A DNA stretch of 64,000 bases, from positions 80,042,001 through 80,106,000 of the forward strand of contig OX597823.1 in NCBI GenBank assembly GCA_951406725.2. Direction: 5' to 3'. The translations under genes were made by a program, and so were the position numbers. The DNA comes from Octopus vulgaris. Taxonomy: Eukaryota. The notes below the pieces were generated by a model. That model saw only the letters and a list, made by a program, of their open reading frames with translations, did not search any database and was not told the DNA's origin. Of the stretch, positions 12,872 to 24,977 are shown in pieces. Position 1 is the first letter of the stretch. The number at the start of each line of letters is the position of its first letter.

Positions 12872-13779
12872 TGTATGTATGTATGTATATATATATATAT
12901 ATATATATATCCAAAGCCTGAAAGAGACGGGTTTCTGTTAGAGGCCTGCGAAACTTTAAATTGCATGGAACTGTATCAAATTGTTTTAAATAATATATGT
13001 ATATGTATTATGCATGTGTATATATATGTATATATGCATGCATGAATGTATGTACATATGTATGCATGTGTGTATGTCCGCCTTTCTGTATGAATGTATT
13101 ATGTATGTATGTGTACGTGTATGTATATAGTTAGTGTGCTTGTGTATGCAGCATTCTGTTTATTTAAATCAAGATAAAACACTTTCTGTCTGAGTACAAG
13201 TGGACGTTATCTTTGTTATACTTGTGTAAATAAAATGGCAGCAGCAGAGAGACTTAAAGACGTGCAGCTATTTCAAGACACAAATGATCTTTAAGAAAAG
13301 ATAATTGTTCTTTTATTCTCCTCTTTTATGTGTATGTGTGTGTTTTCTTTTCTTTTCTTTTGCTTTTCTTTTTAACTTAAGAAGATAGAAAAATATTGGG
13401 CTATTTGTTACCGAAATATCTGAAGGAGAGTGAAAGCCAGTGTAGGTGATGTCTTAAAAAGAGATTTCGCCCAGGTTTTTCAGCCGTTGATAATATAAAA
13501 AGGAAGTATTTCCGATTTATGAAGATATGGTCAAATATGTGTGGCAGAGTTGGGCAGAGAGGAAGGGAGACAACTACTGCTGGTGCACCTACTACTACCA
13601 TTGCAGCTTCTACAACTCGTGATACTGCAGTTACTATTGCTGCAAGGGTTACTATTGCCACTAATACTATGACTACTGCTAAACTGTCTCTACTGCAAGA
13701 GTAATAGAACCACCACCACGAACACTAGAACCAGTAGCATTGCTAATGCTACTACTGTTGTTGTTGTTGTTGTTGTTGC

Positions 13780-13840
<61 letters not shown>

Positions 13841-14266
13841 AAGCAACAAGACGGGTGAGGGTGATTAGGTGATAGTCTAGGGCTTAGGGGCGGGAGACTC
13901 CAGACCTTGGAAAAAAATCTTTGGTCGTCTTGTTGTAGTCGAGGGCTCTTCGTTGACGCCCGACATCACTGGGAAGTGGCCCTCGAAGTCGCTGGAAATG
14001 GTGATCTCCAGGTCTAAATTTTTGGACGGCTGCTGCTGCTGCTGCTGCTGGGAGCCACATTCTAATAACAACTAGGTACTTTTTTGTTATCTCACCCCAT
14101 TAAAAATTTGCCATTAAAATTGGGTTATCTCCCCACTAAAACATTGAGTTTATGTGGCGACAAGAGATTGGATTAAAAGAATTAGATCCTTTTGATTCAA
14201 TACTTCAACACGTTGTTGACGTTTGGCTTCCTCGATAGGAATGGTATGATTTGCTATAAAAACGTT

Positions 14267-14447
14267 AGGAGTGGCTGTGTGGTAAGTAGCTTGCTCACCA
14301 ACCCCATGCTTCCGGTTTCAGTCCCACTGCGTGGCACCTTGGGCAAGTTTCTTCGATTATAGCCTCGGGTCGACCAAAGACTTGTGAGTGGATTTGGTAG
14401 ACGGAAACTGAAAGAAGCCCGTCGTATGTATGTATATATATAATATA

Positions 14448-14493
<46 letters not shown>

Positions 14494-14710
14494 TGTGTGT
14501 GTATGTTTGTCCCCCAACATCGTTTGACAACCGATGCTGGTTTGTTTATGTCCTCGTAACTTAGCGGTTCGACAAAAGACATCCGATAGAATAAGTACTA
14601 GGCTTACAAAGAATAAGTCCTGGGGTCGATTTCCTCGACTAAAGGCGGTGCTCCAGCACGGCCGCAGTCAAATGACTGGAACAAGTAAAAGAGTAAAAAA
14701 GTAAAAGAGA
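14267..14710 (+). mobile_element. SINE family B, full length
   Basis: Head aggagtggctgtgtggtaag, internal (TG)n, tail gtaaaagagtaaaa. Confidence 0.92.
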
Positions 14711-14960
14711 TTCAGTAAGATATTTAATTTTTTCAGTTTTCATATTTATTAATCTTTTCAGCTTTGTATGATTTATTAAAATATCAGATTCAATAAGATG
14801 CTTCATCTATTTCACTTCTTTTTTCTTTTTCTTTTTTTATTTTATTGAAGGTTAAACAATTTCTGTAGTTGAGGGAGATAACCCATTTTTAATGGAGGAG
14901 TGTAAACCAAAAAGTACCAACAATTGATGACTGTCACGGTTCTAATACTACTACTACTAT

Positions 14961-15017
<57 letters not shown>

Positions 15018-15894
15018 CACTACTACTACCACTACTACGACCCAGCAGCCATAAGAAGGAATCAAACTAACAGCACCATATGAATTTTGTAAGAAAAACA
15101 AGTGGATTCCAGAACTGATTCCAGAATTTTCATGAAAGATTAATTTAATTCTCTTCAATTACTTCCTTTTTTTTCTGTTTCTTTTCTTACAGTATGACTA
15201 AATCTTCTTTTACAGTGAATGAAACTGGTAGCATATTTTAATGAAAAATGCAAATATTTCCATTATTTTGTCCATAATATTGTTTTCTAAGTATTTTCAA
15301 ATTATTATTTCTTAATATGTATATATATATATGTGTGTGTGTGTGTTTGTGACTGTGTGCATATGCGTGTATGTTAGTGTGCATTTGTATCTCCGTGTAT
15401 GTGTGTGTGTTAGAGAGAGAGAGAGAAAGAGAGAAATTAAATGGAAATATAGAAAAACGACACTTTTTGCGACAAATCATGACCATATGTCTCTGAAACG
15501 CTGAATCAGTTTACCAATAGTTAACAACGAGCGGCATATTTCAAATTTCTGACAAAATGCCTTGCTTTCGAAATCGCTAAGTACTGCGATCGATATATTC
15601 GACTGTTCCTTTACCTCAAATTTCAAGCTTTGTACGTTTGTAACTGACAAATACACAACAAACGAGCATGTTTCGTATTAGAACTCAGCAGTGATAAATA
15701 GTCTTTTGTATTTCACAATTTTTCTTCCTATAACTTTGCATGAAAATTCAATTTGCCGTGAAACAAATTCTGGAAATTACGTAGGTATTTTGTGTGCATG
15801 TTTGTGTGTTTGTGTTGAATTGGTAAATCGACACGGTGATTCATATTTTGGAGGGGATGGGCAGTAATGCCGTGGCTTATTTCTTTTATTCTTC

Positions 15895-16340
<446 letters not shown>

Positions 16341-17241
16341 AAATTACATCCTTTTCATACTTTACCATTGCATCATTTTCATACTTTGCAACGATATAGA
16401 TAAAATGAAGTAACAGCAACAGGGATCGAAACTGCGTCATGTAGATCGGCTCACAAAGAAACGTACCTCTACACTATGGTAATGGATAGTACTTATTAAT
16501 ATAATGAAATCATGCATGATACTGAAAGAAGCAAGCAGCGATGCTGCAACACACAATACGAGAACATATATAAATGTTTCTTCTGTATCTTATGTTGCTC
16601 GAGAGAAGCAGAACAAAATTCCTTCTTTCAGACATGAGAAATTTAAGGAAGCTATGATTTAACTTCTGGAAACGTGACATTCTAAACCACCGGTATAAAA
16701 TTAAGGGGCAGTTGAATTATCTCTTAACAGTACATCCGAACTACTTGGCATCATTCTTCAAACTAAACGAAAGATAATAGTACATGCTTAGCTGAAATAT
16801 GAAAAAGCGAGAAAGAATGGATGGAAAGCGAAGACGTTGGAAAAAGAATATAAAGAAAAATATATATAAAATGAAATAGCTACTGTTGTTACTGCTGCTT
16901 CGGTACATTCTAGAAAATAGCATTTCTCACCCAAAAATATGAGACTCGTATTTGATAATTATGTTCTGTGCATGTGTAACAAACATGTTGTCTTATCTGT
17001 ATTGGCATTATTCTATCACACTCTGTTGCGAACTTCATCTTGCACAGTGTCAAAATGTTAAGGGGGGAACAAGTATTAATTACGTAAGGGTGATTCCTTA
17101 TCATCATCATCACTATTATCGACATCATCATCATCACTATCATCATCATTATCGCTAACAACAACAAAAGCAAAAAAAAATCGTTACCAGCAGCAACAAA
17201 AGAACAAACAGTGTGTATATATACATGTATGTATATATATT

Positions 17242-17281
<40 letters not shown>

Positions 17282-17321
17282 CACATACATATATATATAC
17301 ACACAAATATATATACATGTA

Positions 17322-17355
<34 letters not shown>

Positions 17356-17410
17356 CATTACATACATATATATATATAAATATACATATATATATATACA
17401 TATATATTTT

Positions 17411-17540
17411 TTTATTATATAGAAGGAGCTTCTACAGGACTAGTACTGTTTCATTCAAGAGAAATCTTCAGGAAGCTTCCTGAAGATTTCTCTTGAATGA
17501 AACAGTACTAGTCCTGTAGAAGCTCCTTCTATATAATAAA
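17411..17540. repeat. Perfect 130-bp palindrome (65-bp arms, no spacer)
   Basis: 17411-17475 is the exact reverse complement of 17476-17540; centre ggaag|cttcc. Confidence 0.97.
17474..17524 (+). ncRNA. Type-I hammerhead ribozyme-like motif (mirrored on the minus strand)
   Basis: agcttc-CTGAAGA-t-ttc(tctt)gaa-t-GAA-ACAG(tactagtc)CTGT-A-gaagct. Stem I 6 bp, stem III 4 bp, GUA cleavage triplet; stem II is closed by a non-canonical U.U. Confidence 0.7.
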
Positions 17541-17695
17541 TTAATTTTACTCTGCTATGTATTGAGTACCTTACTTACTGTGGTTAACCCCGAATCAACC
17601 CGGGACCTACATATATACATATATATATAAATATATATATAGGTATACATACATGTACACACACGTGCACATATATATGTATGTACGTATGTATG

Positions 17696-17727
<32 letters not shown>

Positions 17728-17805
17728 TGTATGTATGTATGTATGTATGTATGTCTGTACGTATGTTTGTATGTATGTATGTATGTATGTATGTATGTAT
17801 GTATG

Positions 17806-17837
<32 letters not shown>

Positions 17838-18094
17838 TGTATGTATGTATGTATGTATGTATGTATGTATGTATGTATGTATGTATATGTATGTATGTAT
17901 ATGTATTTGCGCCTGAAAGTAAAGTAAAGAAACAACATCTTGATAAAGTCAATCTAGCGAAACGTCGGATGAGACATCGTAAGAAAGCAGTGCAATGTAT
18001 TTAAGATTAGATATGTCATTCAACCAGCGACTATTAACATCACTGAACGGTACAATATACATGAGAGGAGATTTTTCCCCGCCGCCTTCTTGTC

Positions 18095-18204
18095 TAACTA
18101 CTACTACTACTATTACCACCACCACTACCACCTACCACCACCACCGTAGCCGCCGCCACTAACACTACAACCGCTACTACGTCTACTACTGCTATCACGA
18201 CCAC

Positions 18205-18265
<61 letters not shown>

Positions 18266-18277
18266 ATTACCATTATC

Positions 18278-18309
<32 letters not shown>

Positions 18310-18344
18310 TATGATTATTATTATTATTATTATTACCATTATCA

Positions 18345-18400
<56 letters not shown>

Positions 18401-18427
18401 GTCGTATCATCATCATCATCATCATCA

Positions 18428-18504
<77 letters not shown>

Positions 18505-18680
18505 TGTACTACTATTACAATTGGCACTATCATTATTTCTGCTGCAACAAGTACTACTACCATCACCCCCTACCAGCACCACCACTATCAACATCACTAA
18601 TACTTGAAACAGAAACACGCTCCCCCCCTCTACCTCAGTAGTGGTCTACTACTACTGCTACTAAAACTACTACTAAAATA
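18095..18680. repeat. Compound triplet microsatellite (ACT/ACC/ATT/ATC)n
   Basis: Directly visible. Confidence 0.95.
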
Positions 18681-19383
18681 ACCACCCACTACCACTGCCG
18701 TTACCACTGCAACCATTACTAGAAAGAAAGACACTGTCTCCCTTAGGTTCATCAAATAAGAAAACAAAAAACATAAACAAATACCAAACGAAATAGATTA
18801 CGAAGTCGCTGCATATCTTCATCGTCATCTCCTTATCAATTAAATCGGATATTAATGACACTTATTACTTAATCTCGGCAAAATACTTTTATTGCACCCG
18901 GGGTGAATGTTAAAGAGATTAGGTAGTAAGTCTCGTAGTGAACCAAATCTATGGCCTAATTCCATTCTCTGTATCTCTCACCCTCCCTCCCACTCTCTCT
19001 CTCTCTCTCTCTCTTTCTGGCTTTCTTTTATTGTCTGTTTCTCTCGCTTCTCATCTCTCTCTCTCTTTCTCTCTCTCTCTTTCTACCTATCTATCTCCCT
19101 ATCTTACCATTTCACACCATCCCTCTCTGTTCCCATATATTCCTTCGTATATATATATATATGTATCAGGTTTCGTCTTTTGTATCTGGTTTGCCAGATT
19201 CTTTATGTGAGTTTGTGTGTTGAAGCAAATTTTGTTGTATCGTGATGCCTTATAATCTAACACATTCACCGTTGCTTTGCCACCTTATCAATGGATGTTG
19301 ACCTCAACAGCCATTGACAAGTTTGCAAAAGCAGCGAAAAGTTTGTTTGGTTACGCATAAAACAATATATTAATCAATAAAAT

Positions 19384-19639
19384 TCCAACTTAGTCTGATT
19401 TTCACGTTTGGTTATTTACAATCTTTAAAATTTTACGATTTTACAATATTGAAATAAACTAGAACTTTCATGCATTGCGCAATCGCCAGATTTAAAGACG
19501 TGTTCCGCAATTGACAACTGTCACTGGATAAACCTGATGACTACGTAACGCATGAAAGTGCTAGTTTATTCCAATATTGTAAAATAGTAAAATTGTAAAA
19601 ATTGCAAATAATAAAACGTGAAAATCAGACTAAGTTGGA
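19384..19639. mobile_element. Fold-back insert (~110-bp imperfect arms), putative PLE pLTR pair
   Basis: tccaacttagtctgattttcacgttt ... aaacgtgaaaatcagactaagttgga; both arms carry a hammerhead-like core. Confidence 0.75.
19525..19573 (+). ncRNA. Minimal hammerhead ribozyme-like motif
   Basis: ataaac-CTGATGA-ctacgtaacgcat-GAAA-gtgc-TA-gtttat; stem I ataaac/gtttat; CUA triplet. Confidence 0.6.
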
Positions 19640-19780
19640 CTACATAGATTAATCAGCCGAAATTGCGAAGATGATCTGGTTCTTGACTGATGACTGAGAG
19701 CTTCGAAAGTCCCGTCTGTGTTGTTTTTTTGTCGTCTTCAAAATGTTTCACGTTCTTGTCCCAGTTTGTGTTTTTTTAAC

Positions 19781-19887
<107 letters not shown>

Positions 19888-20589
19888 TATATGTGTGTAA
19901 TAAATCTTAAGGTAACAAAATATTTAGAAAAATTCTTTGCTACCAGTGGTCTATCGAGAAGAAAAAATTAGTCAATAGACTATATATTATTCATAGAAAA
20001 ATACAGTGTACATTTAAACACATAAGAGATGGCCATAACAGGACATCTGACTCACTAGAAAGAGTAGTTAAACTACAAACCACTAAATAGTGGTAATTTC
20101 GAAAGGGAATGTTTTTATTTTTCATTCCTATATATATATATACATATCAGTTATAATTAAAATTAAAGTTTAGATATAAAATTTTAAAATTTAGCATCCA
20201 AATTTTATTTTGACTATGTTCCTATTAGTGTGCCGGCAAAGCATGTTTACCATTTATGGCTATCAAACGTCATCCGCGGTAAATGCCATTTCACCGCTGA
20301 ATTTCCGTTAGGAATTCCTCGGCACACGTTGTGTATATCCTAAATGATTGACATTCGCAGTTCTTACCTCGCTGAGGTTAGCACATGGCGTGAATATAAT
20401 TGATTGCATGTAGTACTTGATGGAGTACTTGATTGTAATATTTCCGGAAGAGTGAGAGATTTGAATTTAGGAACATAAAGTTACGTAAGTAAATACCTCG
20501 ATGCAGTTATGCCTGTTACTGTAACGATTCTACCAACATGTCTCTCCTACTCTTTATATATCGGTTTCAAATTTTGAATTTGATGTATT

Positions 20590-20927
20590 ACATCGACCCC
20601 GAAAGGATGAAAGGCAAAATGGATCTCGGCCGAATTTGAACTCAGAGCGTACAGACGGATGAAATGCCGCTAAGCATTTCGCCCGGCATGTTAACGATTC
20701 TGCCAGCTTGCCCCTTTCCCCTCTTTATATATTGATTTCAAATTTAGGCACAAGGCTAGCAATTTCAGGGAAGCGGATGACTCGATTACATTATTTTGTC
20801 GAGTCCGAAAAGGACGAAAGGCAAAGTCTTCCGAGTTCGGCAGAACTTGAACTCAGATCGTACAGAAGTAGGAAATGCCGCTAAGCCTTTTGCTTAGTGT
20901 ACTAACGATTCTGCCAGCTTGCCGCCT
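20590..20927 (-). mobile_element. Two tandem SINE family A copies
   Basis: aacgattctgccagcttgcc at ~20693 and ~20903. Confidence 0.88.
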
Positions 20928-21454
20928 TCTCCTCTTTATATATAGGCATAAACATATAAGTGTAAGTGCAAAAATCTAGTACAAGTGAGGTGAAAACAGC
21001 TTCTGCATACATTATCATATTAAGGGATATTGTATGATAATTGTGTAAGTTAATAATGAATCAAAAATAAATTGTTTCCTTGGGTTTCCTGTTTCCTCTA
21101 GATACAAGAACTAATCTATATTTTAGTGGATAAGTAATGAAAATTGTGGGGTTTAGTAAATTGATAGAGTCATTACTGGTGAAAAGTTAAAGATTATTAG
21201 TTGTGAAAATAAAATTAATGTTTAATTGTAGCATAAATTTGCTTCTTATTAGTTCACAGCAGGCCTGCAGATTACGTCTCTGCTATCAAAACACACAAAT
21301 ATGTGTGTATGTGTGGGGGGGCGTGCGTGCGTGTATGTATATACACGTGAAATTGTGATGATATTTGGTCGATAACTGATGACGGGTTGAGCTTGTCCGC
21401 GTCCGCGTCCATTGTGTGTGCATTCTCAGCTGTTTTTCCGTCATTCCTCTAAGG

Positions 21455-21484
21455 CCAATCCCACGTGCCAATCCCACGTGCCAA
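21455..21484. promoter_or_regulatory. Tandem CCAAT/E-box unit (two CACGTG boxes, 7-bp spacer)
   Basis: ccaatccCACGTGccaatccCACGTGcca; a third CACGTG at 21344-21349 and TGACGTCA at 21673-21680. Function is inferred only. Confidence 0.4.
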
Positions 21485-21620
21485 ATCATTATTATTATTA
21501 CTATTATTATTATTATTTATTGTAATGCTACGCGCACTTCCCTCACACCCCACAAAACCACCTATGAAATACATATATATATATAGGAGACCCTACCCCA
21601 AAAGCACTCCTTTTGTTCAG

Positions 21621-21635
21621 GAGAAGGCGGACTAC
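21621..21635 (+). other. Candidate 15-nt microexon, or 3' end of a first exon
   Basis: ctccttttgttcAG|GAGAAGGCGGACTAC|GTAAGT; consensus acceptor and donor, length divisible by 3. Confidence 0.35.
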
Positions 21636-21882
21636 GTAAGTGTTGTGGATATAATTTTCCAAATAGAATTATTGACGTCATTGATATAGGCATAAACATA
21701 GTATGGCGATCCAAAATCGCGCGCAAGTTATCCCCTAGTGTCTCTAAAGGAAGAAGACATTGGGTTCACTGTTTAAAAAGAAAATGGACGGGATTGTCAC
21801 AATTAGAATGCTTTAGATCATATGTCTACACGATTACGACAGGCATGGGACTAGACAAGATTAACTGCAACAACCGACAGAA

Positions 21883-21920
<38 letters not shown>

Positions 21921-21924
<4 letters not shown>

Positions 21925-22018
21925 AATGAAAGAATGGAGTCGAACGACGATTTTAACAAAATTCGAGTGTAAAGGAATTTTGTTAAAATCGTCGTTCGAC
22001 TCCATTCTTTCATTTATT
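21921..22018. repeat. Perfect 44-bp inverted repeat (10-nt spacer) heading an insert (to ~22180) in (TA)n
   Basis: aataaatgaaagaatggagtcgaacgacgattttaacaaaattc and its exact reverse complement at 21975-22018. Confidence 0.95.
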
Positions 22019-22204
22019 CATAGTTAAAAAACCCCCACAAATTTCCACACGAGAACACGGGATTTCTGCCCTTGGCATGTAGCTTCAACCGTGTTTTCTG
22101 ACGTGAATTTGCTACCCAGGTATCGGTTAACCGAATTATCCATACTAGAATAATTCATTCACCTACTTTAAATAAATAAATATATATATATATATATATA
22201 TATA

Positions 22205-22505
22205 CGAGCAAAATGACCCCCGTCCAATGGACTGTGCTGAGTTGTCAAACATTTACACCAAATTTTCTCAAAACAACTTGTCCGACCGTCCCATAGACCA
22301 CCCCTTTGAGAAACACTGATTTAACCTAAATTTGAGATACCAGCAAAAGACGGATTTCGACTGATGTACTTGCGCGTACAAATGCACGTTCCCACGGTTT
22401 TATCGATCGCCTTCTCATCTGGAATCGATTTTTGTAATTTTTTCAAGACTTATCTACATCTCAAATTTGAGCGCAATCGGATGGAGGATGCCCGAGATCG
22501 TAGAA

Positions 22506-22554
<49 letters not shown>

Positions 22555-22575
22555 ACACAGAACGGAATTTTACAT
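22205..22575 (-). mobile_element. Non-autonomous Helitron-like element, internally deleted copy
   Basis: Homologous to 48518-48900; remnant subterminal hairpin ccgtccaatggac; (CA)n near the 5' end. Confidence 0.7.
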
Positions 22576-22579
22576 ACAT

Positions 22580-22622
<43 letters not shown>

Positions 22623-24087
22623 ATGTATGTATGTATTTATGTATGTATGTATGTATGTATATGTGTATGTATTTATATATGACTATATATGTGTGTGTGT
22701 GTAAGTATATATACATATATGTATACAGATGTATATATATATAAATACATACATACATACACCATATTTTTTAAAATCCATGCAACATAAAGCATGTGTA
22801 GAACTTTTTTTTTTGTTCTGGCGAAGACAAATTCGTCATTGGTTTTATTTCTTTACAAATACCTCTCTTTGGCAAGCTTTTAAATCCAGTGTCAAGTACG
22901 GGAAAAAGAAAATTCAGAAAGCCAATCTCCGGTGAGGTAAAAAAAAAAAAGGTCTAATTAAAGAATGGCTTCAAATTTTGGCATAGGGCTAGCCAGTTTA
23001 GGTGGAGGGTTAAGTCGATATCGTCGACTTCAGTACTACATTAGTGCTTATTTTATCGACGTCCGAAAGGATAAAAGGCAAAATTGACCTCATGAAAGAC
23101 ATCTCGATGATGCGTACAGTCAGCCCTAATTGAGCGTTCTAACCGTGACAATCTCATCTTTTTGTATAACAAGATCTTGTCCAATATATCCTCCTTTATT
23201 GGAGATGGTACGATGTAATGTGAGAGAAATTTTGCTGCTATTACTACCAGTCCGAGTGGCTGTTATTACGAGCAGGTCGGGTGGCTACTATTTCTAGCAC
23301 ATAGAGACTGTCTCATTTGATTACCTTCGTATATTTTGGGGAGGCGAAATAACATGCTGCTACATAATTTGTATGTATGTTTTGGTCTGATGGTAGGGTT
23401 TGTCTCTGAACCCATATACATATTGACCTCAGAGATTTTGAAGTTTTTTCTAATGGGACAGCATTGTGGAGTTGAAGTATTGAAGATGAGGGTAAGTAAG
23501 AAGGTAGAAGGGAAACGTTTATACAGTACAGAGAATGAGAGGAGACTAAGTGTGTGATGACAAAAGAAGTAGATCTCAATATTGTTTGAAATATTTATTA
23601 ATCGACAACTGAATAAGTGCAGCGATCATCGTACGGTTGCCACAGAAACTTTAAGTCCTGTATGTGAGTCTCAATAACTGTATAATTCAATATATTTATT
23701 CTTTGGAATTTTGGAAGGTTGTTTTATTTTTTATTTTCATTTTGTATTATTCAAACTGCTCGCCAACAAAGTGATAAGAGTCAAATCCAGCCAGCTCTTG
23801 TGAAGCATGTGGATATCTGAATTGATGGGTGTGTCCCCGAGTTTGTATGTGGTTGAGTGAGAGAGCGAGAGAGAGAAAAAGAGAGAGAGGGAGAGAGTGT
23901 GGGCGAGGCCACGATGATCAGCGGGCTGGCTTGTTTCTGAATGAGGTCTAAGATATTCTATGAAATAAAATGGTTTCAAGTAGAGAATGAAACAACAAGG
24001 TGGTCTCGGCTTGCCGGAAGACTGCCTTACGTGTTACAGCACCCAGCACACCGAATCATATATATACACATACACACCCCCCCATAT

Positions 24088-24149
<62 letters not shown>

Positions 24150-24583
24150 ATATATAAATCCATGCTTGCATTATTTGCAAGAGTCAATCCTAATAAAACG
24201 GCTCACTTGCTTACGTCAAATTCTCTAAGATATTCCACTTAGAATACATTTCTTCCCCCTGCCTTCCATCTCTATATTGTCGTTAAACTCGCACATTTGA
24301 ATTGCATTTATTACAGTCTGAACTAGATGGGTACAGTAACAGAAATGTAGATTATTTTCAGCTGTAATTCAATTTTCTACTGAACCGACAGTAAGCAGTA
24401 AAAGATAGAGGTTGTTAGTGTAATGAGAAATTGAATCACGCAGCAAAAAACCTAAATAAATAAATAGATAAATAAATAAAGCGAATTCATATGAAAATCT
24501 TAACTAAAGCAAACACACACACACATGTATATATACATATGCATATATATACTACACACACACACACATATATATATATATGG

Positions 24584-24653
24584 GCTGGGAATCGAAACTG
24601 TGATCCGATGACCGCGAGTCTGCTGCCCTAACCACTTGGCCATTGCGCCTCCA
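24584..24653 (-). mobile_element. Isolated tRNA-like SINE head
   Basis: Reverse complement ggaggcgcaatggccaagtggttagggc...gtttcgattccc has A- and B-box-like motifs; no complete cloverleaf. Confidence 0.7.
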
Positions 24654-24666
24654 CACACACATAAGC

Positions 24667-24749
<83 letters not shown>

Positions 24750-24750
24750 T

Positions 24751-24977
24751 ATTTCTTTACTACCCACAAGGGGCTAAACATAGAGGGGACAAACAAGGAC
24801 AGACAAAGGGATCAAGTCGATTACATCGACCCAGTGCGAAACTGGTACTTTATTTATCGACCCCGAGAGGATGAAAGGCAAAGTCGACCTCGGCGGAATT
24901 TGAACTCAGAACGTAAGGACAGACGAAATACCGCTAAGCATTTCGCCCGGCGCGCTAACGTTTCTGCCAGCTCGCCT
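24751..24977 (-). mobile_element. SINE family A, near-intact, within (GATA)n
   Basis: Matches 28949-29181 and 58181. Confidence 0.92.

Noticed and set aside
24584-24653. Possible tRNA gene
   Set aside because: Has A/B boxes but no complete acceptor stem or cloverleaf; interpreted as a SINE head.
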